A stretch of DNA of 64,000 nt. It comes from Camelus dromedarius. Taxonomy: Eukaryota. The notes under the pieces are model-generated. The model was not told where the DNA came from. It worked only from the letters and a program-made list of their open reading frames with translations, and ran no database searches. The stretch spans positions 105,154,001 through 105,218,000 of the forward strand of contig NC_087436.1 of NCBI RefSeq assembly GCF_036321535.1, in the 5' to 3' direction. The position numbers and the translations under genes were made by a program. Each line of letters starts with the position of its first letter. Within the stretch, counting starts at the first letter, position 1. Shown here in pieces: positions 53,501-63,152 of the stretch.

Positions 53501-54061
53501 GGTGGCTCTCCAGCCTGGTGCAAAACTTGGACAACAGAATACAGATTCTCAGACATATCCTCTGTGGCAGCTACATGCATGCATATTCGCAGCTCAGGTC
53601 TGACCACAGCTCATCTTTCTTCTGCCTAAACTCTAAGTAAACTTAGGGGAGAGTCTGTGGACCTAGTACTATGTCTAACTCAAGAATGACACATCATGAG
53701 CCTTTTAAAAGCCCATTTAACAAATAAATGACTAAAAGAGTGTGCGGGATGCTGTACTGTGTAACTGAGTTCAGCTGAGTGAGAACTGTTGTTTTGACCA
53801 TAAGATTTGGGCAATGGGCGTATAAACGACCTTTCCCGTCTGGTTCAGCGGGACTGGAAGGGACGGGCGGGGTAGACAGGTGGCGCCCACAGCAGTGGAA
53901 ACCGAGGCCGGGCTACGCGCCGGCTCACTCACCTCGCCCGCAGTGTTGGCCAAAGCAATGAGATCCCGCTTGGGTGACCAGACCAGGAAAATTATCTCCT
54001 GCGGCAGCTGCTTCTCTCCCACGACCCGGAAGGACGGGAAACAAGTCGGGAAACGCAACAT
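20306..54061 (-). CDS. ANAPC4: ANAPC4 (anaphase-promoting complex subunit 4), complete spliced CDS span, 28 coding exons, 808 aa
   Basis: Exons joined at GT-AG junctions give an open 2427-nt frame, MLRFPTCFPSF...KVDPELDS*, matching the recalled mammalian APC4 sequence and length. Confidence 0.98.
20906..21029 (-). CDS. ANAPC4: ANAPC4 exon 28 (124 nt), LDEQCSAIPT...RKVSCV
   Basis: ctag|G ... GTG|gtaagt. Confidence 0.96.
21698..21871 (-). CDS. ANAPC4: ANAPC4 exon 27 (174 nt), TYSCLDAQFYDD...GTYST
   Basis: ctag|C ... AG|gtaact. Confidence 0.96.
22748..22857 (+). mobile_element. Extremely 5'-truncated LINE-1 3' end with poly(A), in ANAPC4 intron 26
   Basis: Similar to the 3' end of the 17-18 kb L1 in this window; 14-bp TSD at 22734-22747 and 22858-22871. 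Confidence 0.85.
22867..22941 (-). CDS. ANAPC4: ANAPC4 exon 26 (75 nt), SVSNGLIAIKF...EKVRR
   Basis: tcaag|A (AAG acceptor) ... AG|gtaaat. Confidence 0.95.
23751..23852 (-). CDS. ANAPC4: ANAPC4 exon 25 (102 nt), WNNKTSNLHY...RHTDIS
   Basis: ttag|G ... CA|gtaagt. Confidence 0.96.
23949..23987 (-). CDS. ANAPC4: ANAPC4 exon 24 (39 nt), EDSTRRLFKFPF
   Basis: ttag|T ... CT|gtaagt. Confidence 0.95.
24067..24128 (-). CDS. ANAPC4: ANAPC4 exon 23 (62 nt), DVIGKSMNQAICIPLYRDAR
   Basis: ttag|GAT ... AG|gtaatt. Confidence 0.96.
24533..24615. mobile_element. MADE2-like Mariner MITE
   Basis: TA-flanked inverted termini tattagggtgaaccttatgaaa ... atatggttcatcttaata, ~83 bp. Confidence 0.75.
24698..24795 (-). 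CDS. ANAPC4: ANAPC4 exon 22 (98 nt), SPLLFPYYPRK...CLQKPA
   Basis: ccag|AA ... GCA|gtaagt. Confidence 0.96.
25582..26405 (+). mobile_element. MER21-like solo LTR
   Basis: ttcctgacccagagctccttaaaactcttggaatttcctgagtgacaag; tgtatcctttataataaacc. Confidence 0.7.
28105..28198 (-). CDS. ANAPC4: ANAPC4 exon 21 (94 nt), YLKDEDDDLVSPP...SSHLK
   Basis: ctag|TAC ... G|gtattt. Confidence 0.96.
28528..29907 (+). mobile_element. Charlie1-family hAT DNA transposon (non-autonomous, ~1.4 kb)
   Basis: Termini cagtagttcttaaa / tttaaaaactgcta; degenerate 8-bp TSD ctttatgg / ctctttgg. Confidence 0.8.
30068..30124 (-). CDS. ANAPC4: ANAPC4 exon 20 (57 nt), APDLYNRKGKYFNVEKVGQ
   Basis: ctag|GCT ... CAG|gtatga. 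Confidence 0.96.
30463..30519 (-). CDS. ANAPC4: ANAPC4 exon 19 (57 nt), MTQKDITFVAEFLTEHFNE
   Basis: atag|ATG ... GAG|gtagga. Confidence 0.96.
31727..31773 (-). CDS. ANAPC4: ANAPC4 exon 18 (47 nt), MLRMTEDHVLPELNK
   Basis: ccag|CA ... AAG|gtagta. Confidence 0.95.
33351..33470 (-). mobile_element. Camelid tRNA-derived SINE (vic-1 type)
   Basis: Minus strand GGGGAGGGTATAGCTCAGTGGCAGAG...GAGTTCAATCCCCAGTAC with A- and B-boxes and an A-rich tail. Confidence 0.8.
33601..33734. mobile_element. MER3-like hAT-Charlie MITE
   Basis: ctgtgttgtccaa...gccacacatggc...ggcacag palindromic structure. Confidence 0.7.
34198..34253 (-). CDS. ANAPC4: ANAPC4 exon 17 (56 nt), VIDSSMKNFKAFFRWLYV
   Basis: ttag|A ... 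G|gtaagt. Confidence 0.96.
36822..36962 (-). mobile_element. Camelid tRNA-derived SINE (vic-1 type) with perfect 16-bp TSD
   Basis: TSD gctcttccttactctt at 36806-36821 and 36963-36978; A- and B-boxes. Confidence 0.9.
38773..38959. repeat. Perfect tandem duplication, 2 x 93 bp with a 1-nt spacer
   Basis: 38773-38865 identical to 38867-38959. Confidence 0.95.
40156..40207 (-). CDS. ANAPC4: ANAPC4 exon 16 (52 nt), AITAVGSFILKANELL
   Basis: ttag|AT ... CA|gtaagt. Confidence 0.96.
40294..40394 (-). CDS. ANAPC4: ANAPC4 exon 15 (101 nt), GSESLLYHL...DAAGIE
   Basis: ttag|T ... GAAG|gtagta. Confidence 0.95.
41874..41950 (-). CDS. ANAPC4: ANAPC4 exon 14 (77 nt), GLKKLGQSIESS...SHLQ
   Basis: tcag|GGC ... 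AG|gtatga. Confidence 0.96.
42065..42107 (-). CDS. ANAPC4: ANAPC4 exon 13 (43 nt), AELQTLLMNQLTVK
   Basis: ctag|T ... AAG|gtgcag. Confidence 0.95.
42864..42928 (-). CDS. ANAPC4: ANAPC4 exon 12 (65 nt), EKNTTTSVQDEFMDLLLWGKA
   Basis: ctag|GAA ... AG|gtaata. Confidence 0.96.
43322..43408 (-). CDS. ANAPC4: ANAPC4 exon 11 (87 nt), YINLSLTCM...TKFVQ
   Basis: atag|TAT ... CAG|gtaacg. Confidence 0.96.
43765..44207 (+). mobile_element. MLT1-type MaLR LTR
   Basis: tgtggg start; cagctgagctcagctcaaactg..acagaatcatgagc end motif. Confidence 0.65.
44527..44610 (-). CDS. ANAPC4: ANAPC4 exon 10 (84 nt), LETNLLYSF...SALLQ
   Basis: acag|CTT ... CAG|gtattt. Confidence 0.96.
45375..45590. mobile_element. 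MIR SINE
   Basis: gttaagagcac..ggagccagactgcc..tcatctatgacacggagataataacagtacctacct. Confidence 0.75.
45898..46002 (-). CDS. ANAPC4: ANAPC4 exon 9 (105 nt), IVGTCLALC...VSYFQ
   Basis: acag|ATT ... CAG|gtgagt; inside ORF 45880..46155. Confidence 0.96.
46630..46714 (-). CDS. ANAPC4: ANAPC4 exon 8 (85 nt), LNILVLGGSAG...ARVTG
   Basis: ttag|G ... GGG|gtaagt. Confidence 0.96.
47348..47392 (-). CDS. ANAPC4: ANAPC4 exon 7 (45 nt), EENSDEIIKLLGDV
   Basis: ttag|T ... AG|gtaagt. Confidence 0.95.
47487..47513 (-). CDS. ANAPC4: ANAPC4 exon 6 (27-nt microexon), YSNTSKIF
   Basis: ctag|T TAT AGC AAC ACC TCA AAA ATA TTT AG|gtaaga. Confidence 0.94.
47659..47733 (-). CDS. ANAPC4: ANAPC4 exon 5 (75 nt), VLTSFYNAEDE...PTLPK
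   Basis: ttag|T ... AA|gtaagt. Confidence 0.96.
49247..49379 (-). CDS. ANAPC4: ANAPC4 exon 4 (133 nt), LAFALADTKK...EVTVES
   Basis: ctag|TT ... AG|gtagag. Confidence 0.96.
51025..51130 (-). CDS. ANAPC4: ANAPC4 exon 3 (106 nt), VLLHRLASF...WRPDGK
   Basis: ttag|GTT ... AAAC|gtaatg; frame continuity. Confidence 0.96.
51960..53040 (+). mobile_element. L2 LINE remnant
   Basis: attcttggtgatttt, gaccttgtcattacc motifs. Confidence 0.6.
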
Positions 54062-54420
54062 GGGGGCGGCCCTGCAATGACACCCCAGTCGGAGGCCGGC
54101 AGGGACCCCCTGGGCCGCCCGGCCCTGGCCGGGTGCCGCTCCCGTCTCTGCCCCTGGCCCTTCCCGCAGAGCCCGGACAGCGGCGGTACCTGCGAGCTGC
54201 CCCACGGCAGCCAGCACGACCCGGGTAGCCTCTCTACCTGTCTCGCAGCACCGGAGAGTGCGCTGCAACCTCCCCGCCGCAGCGCCGTCGCCGCCGCGCG
54301 CTCCGGGCACTTCCGGTTCCCGGGCTTCCTCGCGAGAACACGGCGGCGAGGTCTCCGTGCGCAGGAACCCCTTCGGCAGCCTCTGGACCGCCGGTCCTCA
54401 GCCCTGGCGGCTCCACCACC
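53800..54420 (-). promoter_or_regulatory. ANAPC4 CpG-island promoter with presumed non-coding exon 1 (candidate donors CAG|gtagag at 54238, CAG|gtaccg at 54190)
   Basis: Dense CpG/GC patch in AT-rich surroundings; ETS motif CCGGAAGTG (54308-54316, minus); near-palindromic CCTCGCGAGA (54328-54337). Confidence 0.85.
53933..54061 (-). CDS. ANAPC4: ANAPC4 exon 2 coding part (129 nt), MLRFPTCF...ANTAGE
   Basis: ATG 54061-54059; acceptor tgcag ending 54072 (10 nt of UTR); donor GAG|gtgagt. Confidence 0.97.
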
Positions 54421-54430
54421 AGTGAGAAGG

Positions 54431-54462
54431 TGTTTTGTTTTGTTTTGTTTTGTTTTGTTTTG

Positions 54463-54493
<31 letters not shown>

Positions 54494-54494
54494 T
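54431..54494. repeat. (GTTTT)n pentanucleotide microsatellite, ~12 units
   Basis: Direct reading. Confidence 0.95.
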
Positions 54495-57289
54495 CAAAAC
54501 TCTCCTGCCCAGGCAAAACCCCAGCCCGATTAAATGAGAAGTAATACAGGATGGGACCCAGTATTTATTAAAACGCTCTAAAGTGCTTCCAATTTGCAGC
54601 CAAGGAAGGAGAGCCCTGATCTAAAACGTCCGACACAGGCAAATATCTTGATTCTTTACCCCATTTAAGCCTCCCAACTATTTGATAGTAGCAGCCCCAC
54701 CATAATGAATGAGGACCGTGAGCTCACCCAGGATTTGTCCCATAGCTATTGGAGCATCTACTGTACGAAGGAATCTACGCTTCACAGATGCACGGGACAT
54801 GGGCTCAGTCAGCCTGACAGGACGTCAACCAGAATCCATCTGATGCTTCTCGCTACAGACACATTTAAATGTGTTAACTTGTTCAAAAGTTCCCACAACC
54901 AGGGTAAGAGAATGTGAGAGTATCATCTTGAACTTAAAATCTGTGGTAGAAAGTCATCTATACCTCTCACTTCTTTCACTTGTTCAGAGGAGAAAGGCGG
55001 CGGGATCTTCAACTTTCAGCATGCCGCACCTTCTCGCCTTCTATCTGGATGTAGCCCCTGGGAGGTGGGTGATAGAGGTAGACTAATTCGTTCAGCAGCA
55101 AATATTCGAGCACTGCTTTCTGCAAGGCACTGTTTGTAACGCTTGATACTCACCCTGCTCCCTTTGAGAGCCTGGCTTTTTCCCTTGAGTTTGCTGCAAA
55201 CAGTTTAGCACATCTCCCAGATTCTTCCAGAAGCAGTATTCTAAAGTGAGAATGGCCTTGCCTTTGTTATCATGAAATGCATTTTGGATCATTATTTAAC
55301 GTTCTGGGGTGGTGTATGGTTGCTAGCATAACTATCGCCACCTTGGGCGAGTACAGTTCCTCCTGTCCTTCCACTGACCCTACCTAGGACTGTGATGTGT
55401 GGTAAATCACTTCTCTGTCCTTAATGGCTTTGTAGCTAATAGATATTGGTTAATAATCATTAGGACCAGGTGGCCTTTATGCTCTGTTAGTCCCCAATGA
55501 TGAAGACCTTCCCTGACTTAATTTTGGCACTCACAAGACTAGTTACCCACTCATAAATCTTCACTTAGGAATGCACTTCCTGTTTCTCTAGGTGAACTAT
55601 AAAATTGTCCCAGTGGTCCCTTCGAGGTGCTAAGTGCAGCTGCAGATGCTTCCAGATCATTGTCCACCGGATCCCACCCTGTAAGTTTCCCTAAAATAAT
55701 CAGATCCATTGATGATACAGAGCTGCCTGCCTCGTTTTCCCGTCTCAAGACACCTTCTCCATCCTCCAACAGGCGGCAATAGATAATCTAAATGGTGGGG
55801 GACTAATATCTAGCTGCTTAACAGTCTTATCAAAACTGAATGCCCATTTTCCTCAACTGTGTCCTGAATATGAACCTTCATATAACACATGAAAAGGACT
55901 GTTGTTAGAGCTATACACTCACTGCTAGGAGACAGAGAACAACTACCTGCCTATTATGAAACCTTCACAGAAGAGTATGAATTTCCCAGAAAGTATGTTT
56001 AACACAGGAAACAGCATAGGTGTGGAGTTGCAGATGTGGCCAGGACACTACAAATAATTTTATGTGGCCATAGCACCTCATTTGTGTCAGTGGGAGTGAC
56101 TGTTACTGGAAAGGTTTCAAAGTAGCCATAGGACAAGAGCTATGAACACAGTGTTTCCAGCCTTTTCTTTTTCCTACTGTCCCATAAAGGAGAGTTTTGG
56201 CTTTACCCACTCCGTTTCTTTGTTCTCCCCATTCTCTAAGGAAAACACTGCTTTGTCAAACTGGTTTAATGCACTTCTGTGGCACAGAATCTAGAGAGAA
56301 GGGGGGAAAGGCCCAGGGATCAGGCACGGGTGGTTTTTAAGGAGGCAAGGGCAGGAGGTATAAATGTACAGAGACTGGGAAGTGGGGAAGCGGGGAGGGA
56401 AATGAAGAGAAAACAGACTTTAAGAATTCCTATGCTGTGTCTCACCTTTTCCTAGTGCTTGGGGGAAAGTGCAAAAACTAGCTGGTTTGAAATAACTTTT
56501 TGGTAGCTAGGCTGTTTCTTTAATCACTAGACCCCTTGGGCTAGCTCATGCTGATGGCATCTTTCCACGTGTTATAATGACATGGGGTTGGATTTTGAAG
56601 GGCCCGGCAGCTGCCAACAGAGATTTATAATTTGCAGAGGGGCGTGTTGGTGACAGCATCACATTGGTTCACTAGTTATTCAGGACCTTAATTCTTGTGA
56701 TGAGGCTGATGTTGGGTTAGAAAGGAAGGACTGACTGAAGGTGTAAACATGGCAGGAAGACTAGTTGGGCAAGGGGGTGGGGGTGTGGGAGGCAATTCCA
56801 GACACATTTCTGAAGTATAATACCAAGAACAGATTATTGATCAGATTGGGAGAATGAAGGCAAGGGCATCGTCAAGACTGAGGTTGTATATATGGGTGCG
56901 CAGACTCAGGTAGCAGAGAACTGGTTGCCGTTAGGTGGGGTGGGGTATGAGGGAAGTATGAGGGGGGAGACAGGGAGAGCAGACCAGAACGAAGGGGTGT
57001 AGTGAGGACCATGTTCAGGTGGACGTGGGTGTAGAAATCTATCTGTGACGGCCAAAGGCAGCTGGGAAGGCAGGTTTGAAGAGCAAAGGTCAGGGCCTGA
57101 GCAAAGATGTGGGACTCAGTATACAGAGATGGAAGTTGGAGTTTTGTGGGGTGTGACTAATCTAAGCCGTGTGAAAGACTGTTAATTTGAGAGGTCTATT
57201 TTGAAGTCATAAAATAAGTGAAACACACAAAATAAACAAATTGACTGAATTTTCTGGAAAAAGAAATCGTTAGTGTTGGAATCTCTCTA

Positions 57290-57880
57290 CCCTACCATGG
57301 TTGCATTCATTAGGCCACAGAAAAAATCCAACTCAAAGTGGCACAAGTAATAACTAGAATGTATTGGCTCAAGTAAATTACAAGTCCGGCAGTAGGGCCA
57401 GCTTCAGGGCAGGCTAGATCCAGCAACTCGGTGTCACCAGGGACCCAGCTCAGGGTGTGCATCACCACAAGGCTGGCTCCCCTTGTGGTCACTGGAAGAC
57501 TGCCAACAGCACCTGGAGCTACAGGCTTCCTCATTCAGAGGAAGACCAAGAGCCCCTTCACCAATCACATGACTAAAGTGCTGAGCCTCATGTGATTAGA
57601 CCAGCCCCTATTCTGAGCCTCGCTGAAATCAATCACAGTTAAAGGGGATGGAATTATGCCCCATAGAAAGTCCTCCCTAAGAGCAGAGAGGGAGACTTGG
57701 GTATAGCTCAGGGGTAGAGCACATGCTTAGCATGCATGAGGCACTGGGTTCAATCCCCAGTACCTCCAGTTAAAGAAAAAGAAAAAAGAGCAGGAGAGGA
57801 TGTCAGTCAACTCTCCCCCAAATCCCACAGCAGACACACAAAGGAGAGGTTGGAAATGATGGTGGCGAAGCAACCCATCA
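57290..57880 (-). mobile_element. Old MLT1-type LTR, interrupted by a SINE
   Basis: acagaaaaaatccaactcaaagtggc...gtattggctca..gcttcagg..ggctagatccag. Confidence 0.55.
57692..57785 (+). mobile_element. Camelid tRNA-derived SINE (vic-1 type, short)
   Basis: GGGTATAGCTCAGGGGTAGAGC...GGTTCAATCCCCAGTACCTCC; near-TSD aagagcag(g)agagg at 57679 and 57786. Confidence 0.85.
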
Positions 57881-59441
57881 ATAATATTCAATACGGCAAT
57901 CAATCATTACTACTCAAAGGGTAGTTTTAGGTACGAAGTACATTTGGGAGATACGGGTCTCAACTGTATCAGTTCATGTTTTGCTTGTCTCCCGTGACCA
58001 CTTCTGTTGCTGTTCAGAGACCAACTCATGTGATTCCTATCTGGGAAGAAAAAAAGTTCTACTAAGAGCTACAGAACTAGTATTTATACGTATAGGAATT
58101 CATCCTAAGGAAATAAGATTTGGTTCTAAGTATGTTTATCATAGAGTCATTTACAATAGTGAACAAACCTTAATTGTCCAACCATAGGAGGCTGACTGGT
58201 TAAATACAGTACATCCTGAAGAATAATACTATTGTTTTAGGTATAAATTGATGTTCTTGACATGTTTATGAGAGAGGATTACAAAACAGGATGTTTTTAG
58301 AATTCCATTTTTGTGGGCGAAATTTCAGAGTGTCTAGCCATTTATACAAGAATCTACCTTTGGAAGAACCTACATGTAAGCTGTGACAGCGGTTACCTGA
58401 GTGGTGGTGTTAAAAGTAACTTTTCATTTTCTGTGATTCACCTAGCCCGTGTACTAATTGTAAAGTTAATGGGCAGCAACTTTTGTTTCCTTTTGTCCTC
58501 TGTAAGCATGCAGAATGTTTAGGCTATCTCTAGTTTTCTCCCACTCCTCGCCTCCACATTTGCAGATGAAGAAACTGGCCTTGTCTATTCAGGCTGAGTT
58601 TCTTAGAGACCACCAATGTCACATTTCCAGTCTGCAGGGGCATCAAACAACACAACAGTAGGAGAGTCTGTGACTGTCCAGCTAATGGGATAAAACTCAC
58701 CCCTCAGATCCCTGAGATCTGCTTGTTCACTTTTGGTGCTTTTTCCCCTCAGTCTTGCTGGGTTAACATTTATACTAAATCTCCTGAAATCAAATAGTAG
58801 AGGTCTTATGTTCACTTCATTGCAGTGATGACCTGACTGACCCTCAAGTAACGTAACCCATGTCCTAATGTTCCAATTAAAATCAAAGCAGTCAAGATGG
58901 ATTTTCCTTTGCCTTCTGTTTGAGCTTTCCTTCCTTAGGCAGCTCTACGTGTGTCAGCATCTTACTATCAGGTAGCACAGTTGGGTCTGAAGGCCTAAAT
59001 GGCCATTTCTAATCACTCCATCTGTATTTTTGAGCAGCTTCTACCTGGAGGGTGGAGAACGGAGTTAGACCCGGCACCTGCTTCCCAGGGTGGTGGGAGG
59101 AGGGATGGGGCCATGAGTACTGCAGCGGGTCATCCCTGGTATCACCGTGGGCAAGATACAGCCTGGGAGCCAGTGGACACTCACAGGGATGTCCATCCAC
59201 AGCCCCCTGCAATCGGCGAGCTTCTAATCTACACGGGGAAACAAGCACAAGAAGTTCTAACACAGGGCTTGATTTAAGTACCTGAAAAGAAACCAAAATA
59301 GAAAGACACACAAACACATGCCTATTTTTATTTCACTGGCAGGAGATGTACTATTCCACTGGGGACACCGACAAGGACATCGTGCAGGAGGTGGCATCAG
59401 ACCAGGACCTTTTATAGGCTGATTTTATATTTTAAAACGAT

Positions 59442-59762
59442 AGGCGCCCCTTGTTTAATTGTGCTTCACAGACACTGTGTTTTACAAACTGAAGGTCTGG
59501 GGCAACACTGTGTTACCAGGTGACGGTTAGCACTTTTTAGCAACAAAGTACTTCTTAATTCAGGTGTGTGGGGTTTTTTTAAGACAATGCTACGGCATTG
59601 CTTACTTAACAGACTACATACATAACAGACTACAGTGCAGTATAAACATCACTTTTATATGCACTGGAAAACCAAAAACTTCATGCAGTGGCCTTCACTG
59701 AGATACTGGCTTTACTGCAGTAGTCTGGAACCAGATCCACAATATCTCTGAGGTCTGCCTAC
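59442..59762. mobile_element. Tigger1 internally deleted derivative (TcMar)
   Basis: Both Tigger1 ends present (ttgtgcttcacagacact..acaaactgaagg; ctggaaccagatccacaatatctctgaggtctgcct). Confidence 0.75.
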
Positions 59763-60065
59763 AGTCAGACTTCTCCCAGATGCCTAGTATTTTATAGATT
59801 GTTTTGAAGGGGGCAGAAAGCAACTTTTGTGTTTTTCTGAAAGTAACCTTGGAAGCTGAATTATTCTAAGTTTAGAAGCCTCCAGATAAGGCTGCCAGTC
59901 TTGCTCACACCACACATCCCAACATTTAAACCCTCAGTGTCGGGACTGCCCTCCTGTTGGCTCTGAGCTCCTCCCAATATTGTTTAGGTCTGTTTTCCTT
60001 TTCTTTTCCAGTCCTTCTGAGAAAGAGAGAAGAGCAAGTCCTCTCCATATCTTAGGCATGCCTAC

Positions 60066-60440
60066 TGTTAGGGACTGAACTGTGTCTCCCCAAATCCATA
60101 TGCTGAAGCCATAACCCCCCGTACCTCAGAATGGGACTGTATTTAGAGACAGGGTCTTTTAAAAGGAGACAAAGGTAAAAGGAGGCCATTAGGGTGGGCC
60201 CTAATCCAATGTGACTAGTATCCTTATAAGAGGAAATTTGGACATACATGGAGGAGAGACCGTGTGAAGACACCCTGGGAAGGCAGCCATCTGCACGTTA
60301 AGGAGAGAGGCCTCACAATAACCAAACCTGCCAACACATGGATCTTGGACCTCCAGCCTCCAGAACTGTGAGAAAATAAACTGTTGTTTTCACCACCTTG
60401 TCTGTGATTTTTTGTTATGGCAGCCCTAGAAACAAATACA
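60066..60440 (+). mobile_element. Full-length MLT1A/B-type solo LTR
   Basis: TG...CA ends; 5-bp TSD cctac / tctac. Confidence 0.85.
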
Positions 60441-61257
60441 TCTACTGTCTGAAAATCTCTAGAAAATTTCATGCTTTCATCAAGTTTTTAATGAGCACCT
60501 ATAATACAGAAGAGAGACATAAGATACGAAGTGGGTACTGACAGTAAGAAGCTGAAACCTTTTGGAGAAACAGAATCTGTAAATGTAATCATGGAACAAT
60601 ACATGAAAAGTGCCTCAAATGTGGTGCAGAGAGGAAGGTGCTGGCTGGTATCAGGGACTCATGTGGGACTTCCCAGAAGAGAGTGGGGCTTGGGCCAGGG
60701 CCTGAAGGCTCCTTAAGACTTTAATGATGGCCATATGGAGGGAAATATTCCAAACAAAAAGAAGAGAATGGGATGAAAGATTGGGGCATACTGGAGAAAT
60801 AAATTAGTCTAAATTTCAGACTAAATGTAGGAAAAAAAACAAATCTGATCATTCAAGGCCTACAAAGTAACTTTGTATTTCACTACATTTTGTAACATAA
60901 GCAAGAAGTAGGATGAAATTTAGCTGTAGTTATTTAAGAAAAATGTCCTTTAAAAAACTTTGGAAAGTTTATCTGTCAAATTTCAGGGATTTTCTTCTAT
61001 TGCTGTTTCAACTAGGTATCTTAATGTTCAGATATGTCGATTTCTGATTAGAACACATGACCTCATGTCCCATCACACTGTATACCTTCCAGAGACAGTT
61101 TTACATTCTATTACTTTATTCTCTGAGAAAAGAAAGAGGTTAAATCCTTAAAATTAGTATTAATTGAACACAAGATCAGAACCACCAAATTTCCTATTTT
61201 CAACTCTCTTAAGAAAGTAAGAAAGTTTTAAAGTACAGAATTCCTGATTATAAGTAA

Positions 61258-61438
61258 CACCCTATATGCTCAATTCTAAGACGGACTTTTTTTCACATTT
61301 CAGTATTTCTGAAATAAGATACATCTAAAATTTAATATGTACATTAATGAGATAGAGGTGTTTGTTCCCCAAAAGCTATGATTACATCGGTAGTGCGTTC
61401 TACAATTGAAGGTATCTTAAAACTAAGAAAATATGGTG
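61258..61438. mobile_element. MER104-like TcMar MITE
   Basis: attctaagacggactttttttcacattt...tttctgaaat...gaaaatatggt. Confidence 0.55.
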
Positions 61439-61848
61439 ATGATAATGACCACTGGCCATCAGAACTCAATTCTTCAGCAGTCATGGTCCCCCAAGTGTCT
61501 GAGTTTCTGGGAGATTTCAACAGATTTTACCACAATATCATGGACATCATGATAGTCAGGCAATGTCCATGTGTATGCCTCAATCAGAGAGGGGAATCTC
61601 ACAACGATTCTACGAGGTTCATACCTCATCCATGTACCTGGAAATCTGCCCTTCCTATAGCAACCCATGTTAAAAGAGGGGCAAGAGAAGAGTTTTGTGA
61701 GACTTGTTAAGTCTAGAAGCTTAGCTCATCTTTTGATGTCGCCTGATCTACCAGAGCCACATTTGAGTATTCCACATCAGGCATCAAACCACCCTAACAT
61801 AAAATACCAGATGGAATTTCAATACCAGATGGAGGCAGTTCTTCTACC

Positions 61849-61968
61849 TTTATTCACAGGGCTCTGGGTAAGCCCAAGGAGAGATGCCTCCAAACCTGCT
61901 CTCAAACAGGTGTTCAGAGGAAAAGGAGAAAAGTTACTATGCAAATGCAAGCCATTCAAGACTTTATT
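61849..61968 (-). terminator. Candidate ZCCHC4 poly(A) signals (AATAAA at 61963-61968 and 61849-61854)
   Basis: Two tttatt hexamers ~1.05 and ~1.17 kb past the stop. Confidence 0.5.
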
Positions 61969-63016
61969 CAAGCTTAAGCAGATAATGTCAGATACCTAGC
62001 AGAGAAATAGGGAGATGAGCTGTTTGTCCAAACTACTCCCTTCAGCACCATGATCCTGGACCACCCAGGGACCGGTGATTAACACCAGTGCTCCGTGGAC
62101 ATCTGATTCACTTCTCACCAGTAACAGGAGAACTGAGAACCAGGCACATGCGCCCCATTTAATTTAATCACAAAACAAACCCAAGTGTGAATATTATTGT
62201 CACCATTATAATAATGAAGAGTTAGGGGCTTCTAGAGAGTGAATGACCTGGCCAAGGACATACAACCAGGAAGTGTGAAAATCAGAGTGAAGAGTCCCAG
62301 TCACCAAAGTATCCTGCCTCCTGCTACCACTTTTACAAAGAGAGAAATGCACTGCCTAGCTTAAAAGACACTGAGATGTCAGAGCAGGTCATAATTCCAA
62401 ACACCTCAGTCATTCAACAAACATTTAGGTGATTCTATACCATCAAAGGACAACTGCAAAAAGTATTTGAAAAATAAATATTTAATAATAATATAACCAT
62501 AATCATAATCTTTATATCTTTAGACTGCCTTTGTCAAAATTCTTTCCATCATCTTCAGATTCTGGCTAAAAAATTATATATTATATTTCTCTTTACAAGT
62601 GGGGCTTAAGCTATTTTACAATATTTTAATATTTAATTTAAAATATCTAACTTAACCTACTCCTCTGTTCAATACAAACAAAGCTTTAGGTTTTCATCTT
62701 CATTTTCTTCTTTCTGCAAAAGAATATTCTATGCCCATTCTTCATATAAAAGAGGCTAAAACAATACAACTGGAAGAGATTTAAGAAGAAGAAAAGCAGA
62801 GAGAGCTAGTAAACCAGCTAAGGATGGAACAAGTCCCCAGGTCTCCCGAGGGGCTGCTGGGGGGTCTATAAACCAGCAAATACCACTTGCCTGTTCTCAA
62901 GCTTAGAAAGGTGCATACCTTTGAAAGCTACAGAATTTAAGTCCGGCGTGGCACTTTCAGAAAATGGCATCAAAGGTTGGACTGTAAATCTTTCTTATTC
63001 TCAAGTCACTGGACAT

Positions 63017-63152
63017 TTAAGAGCAAAGATATTGATGGGCTCTTTCTCTCCTTTTCTTCCTCCTTGTAACAGATATATGATTCATGGACTGTCCTTTAGT
63101 GGTCTCCATTTTCATCTTATTGCTTTTTCTTTGCTTCTGCTTTCTGACAGCT
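63017..63152 (-). CDS. ZCCHC4: ZCCHC4 (28S rRNA m6A methyltransferase) terminal coding exon, AVRKQKQRKSNKMKMETTKGQSMNHISVTRRKKRRERAHQYLCS*
   Basis: ttttcag|A acceptor, TAA at 63019-63017; peptide matches the recalled ZCCHC4 C-terminus; ZCCHC4-ANAPC4 tandem synteny. Confidence 0.9.

Noticed and set aside
20306..54061. U12-type (minor) introns in ANAPC4
   Set aside because: All donors read are GT without the GTATCCTT minor consensus
53771..54310. 179-aa ORF containing the ANAPC4 N-terminus with an apparent 83-aa extension
   Set aside because: Starts at a non-ATG codon in the promoter and reads through presumed intron 1 and into intron 2; open frames are expected in a GC-rich CpG island
53992..54544. 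ORFs with KTKQN / FCFVL repeats
   Set aside because: Translation of the (GTTTT)n microsatellite
57692..57785. tRNA-like sequence (also 33351-33470 and 36822-36962)
   Set aside because: A-rich tails, TSDs and multiple diverged copies show these are tRNA-derived SINEs, not tRNA genes
57946..57993. Possible snoRNA/miRNA-like hairpin (gggagata...tgtctccc)
   Set aside because: Stem is short, with no convincing box C/D or H/ACA architecture
61803..61833. Short direct repeat aataccagatgga x2 (similar short duplications at ~40529, ~41656, ~59607)
   Set aside because: Typical small slippage duplications with no further structure
63017..63031. ZCCHC4 C-terminal ...YLCS* after a polybasic stretch as a prenylation signal
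   Set aside because: Cys is at -2, so it is neither a CAAX nor a CC/CXC motif
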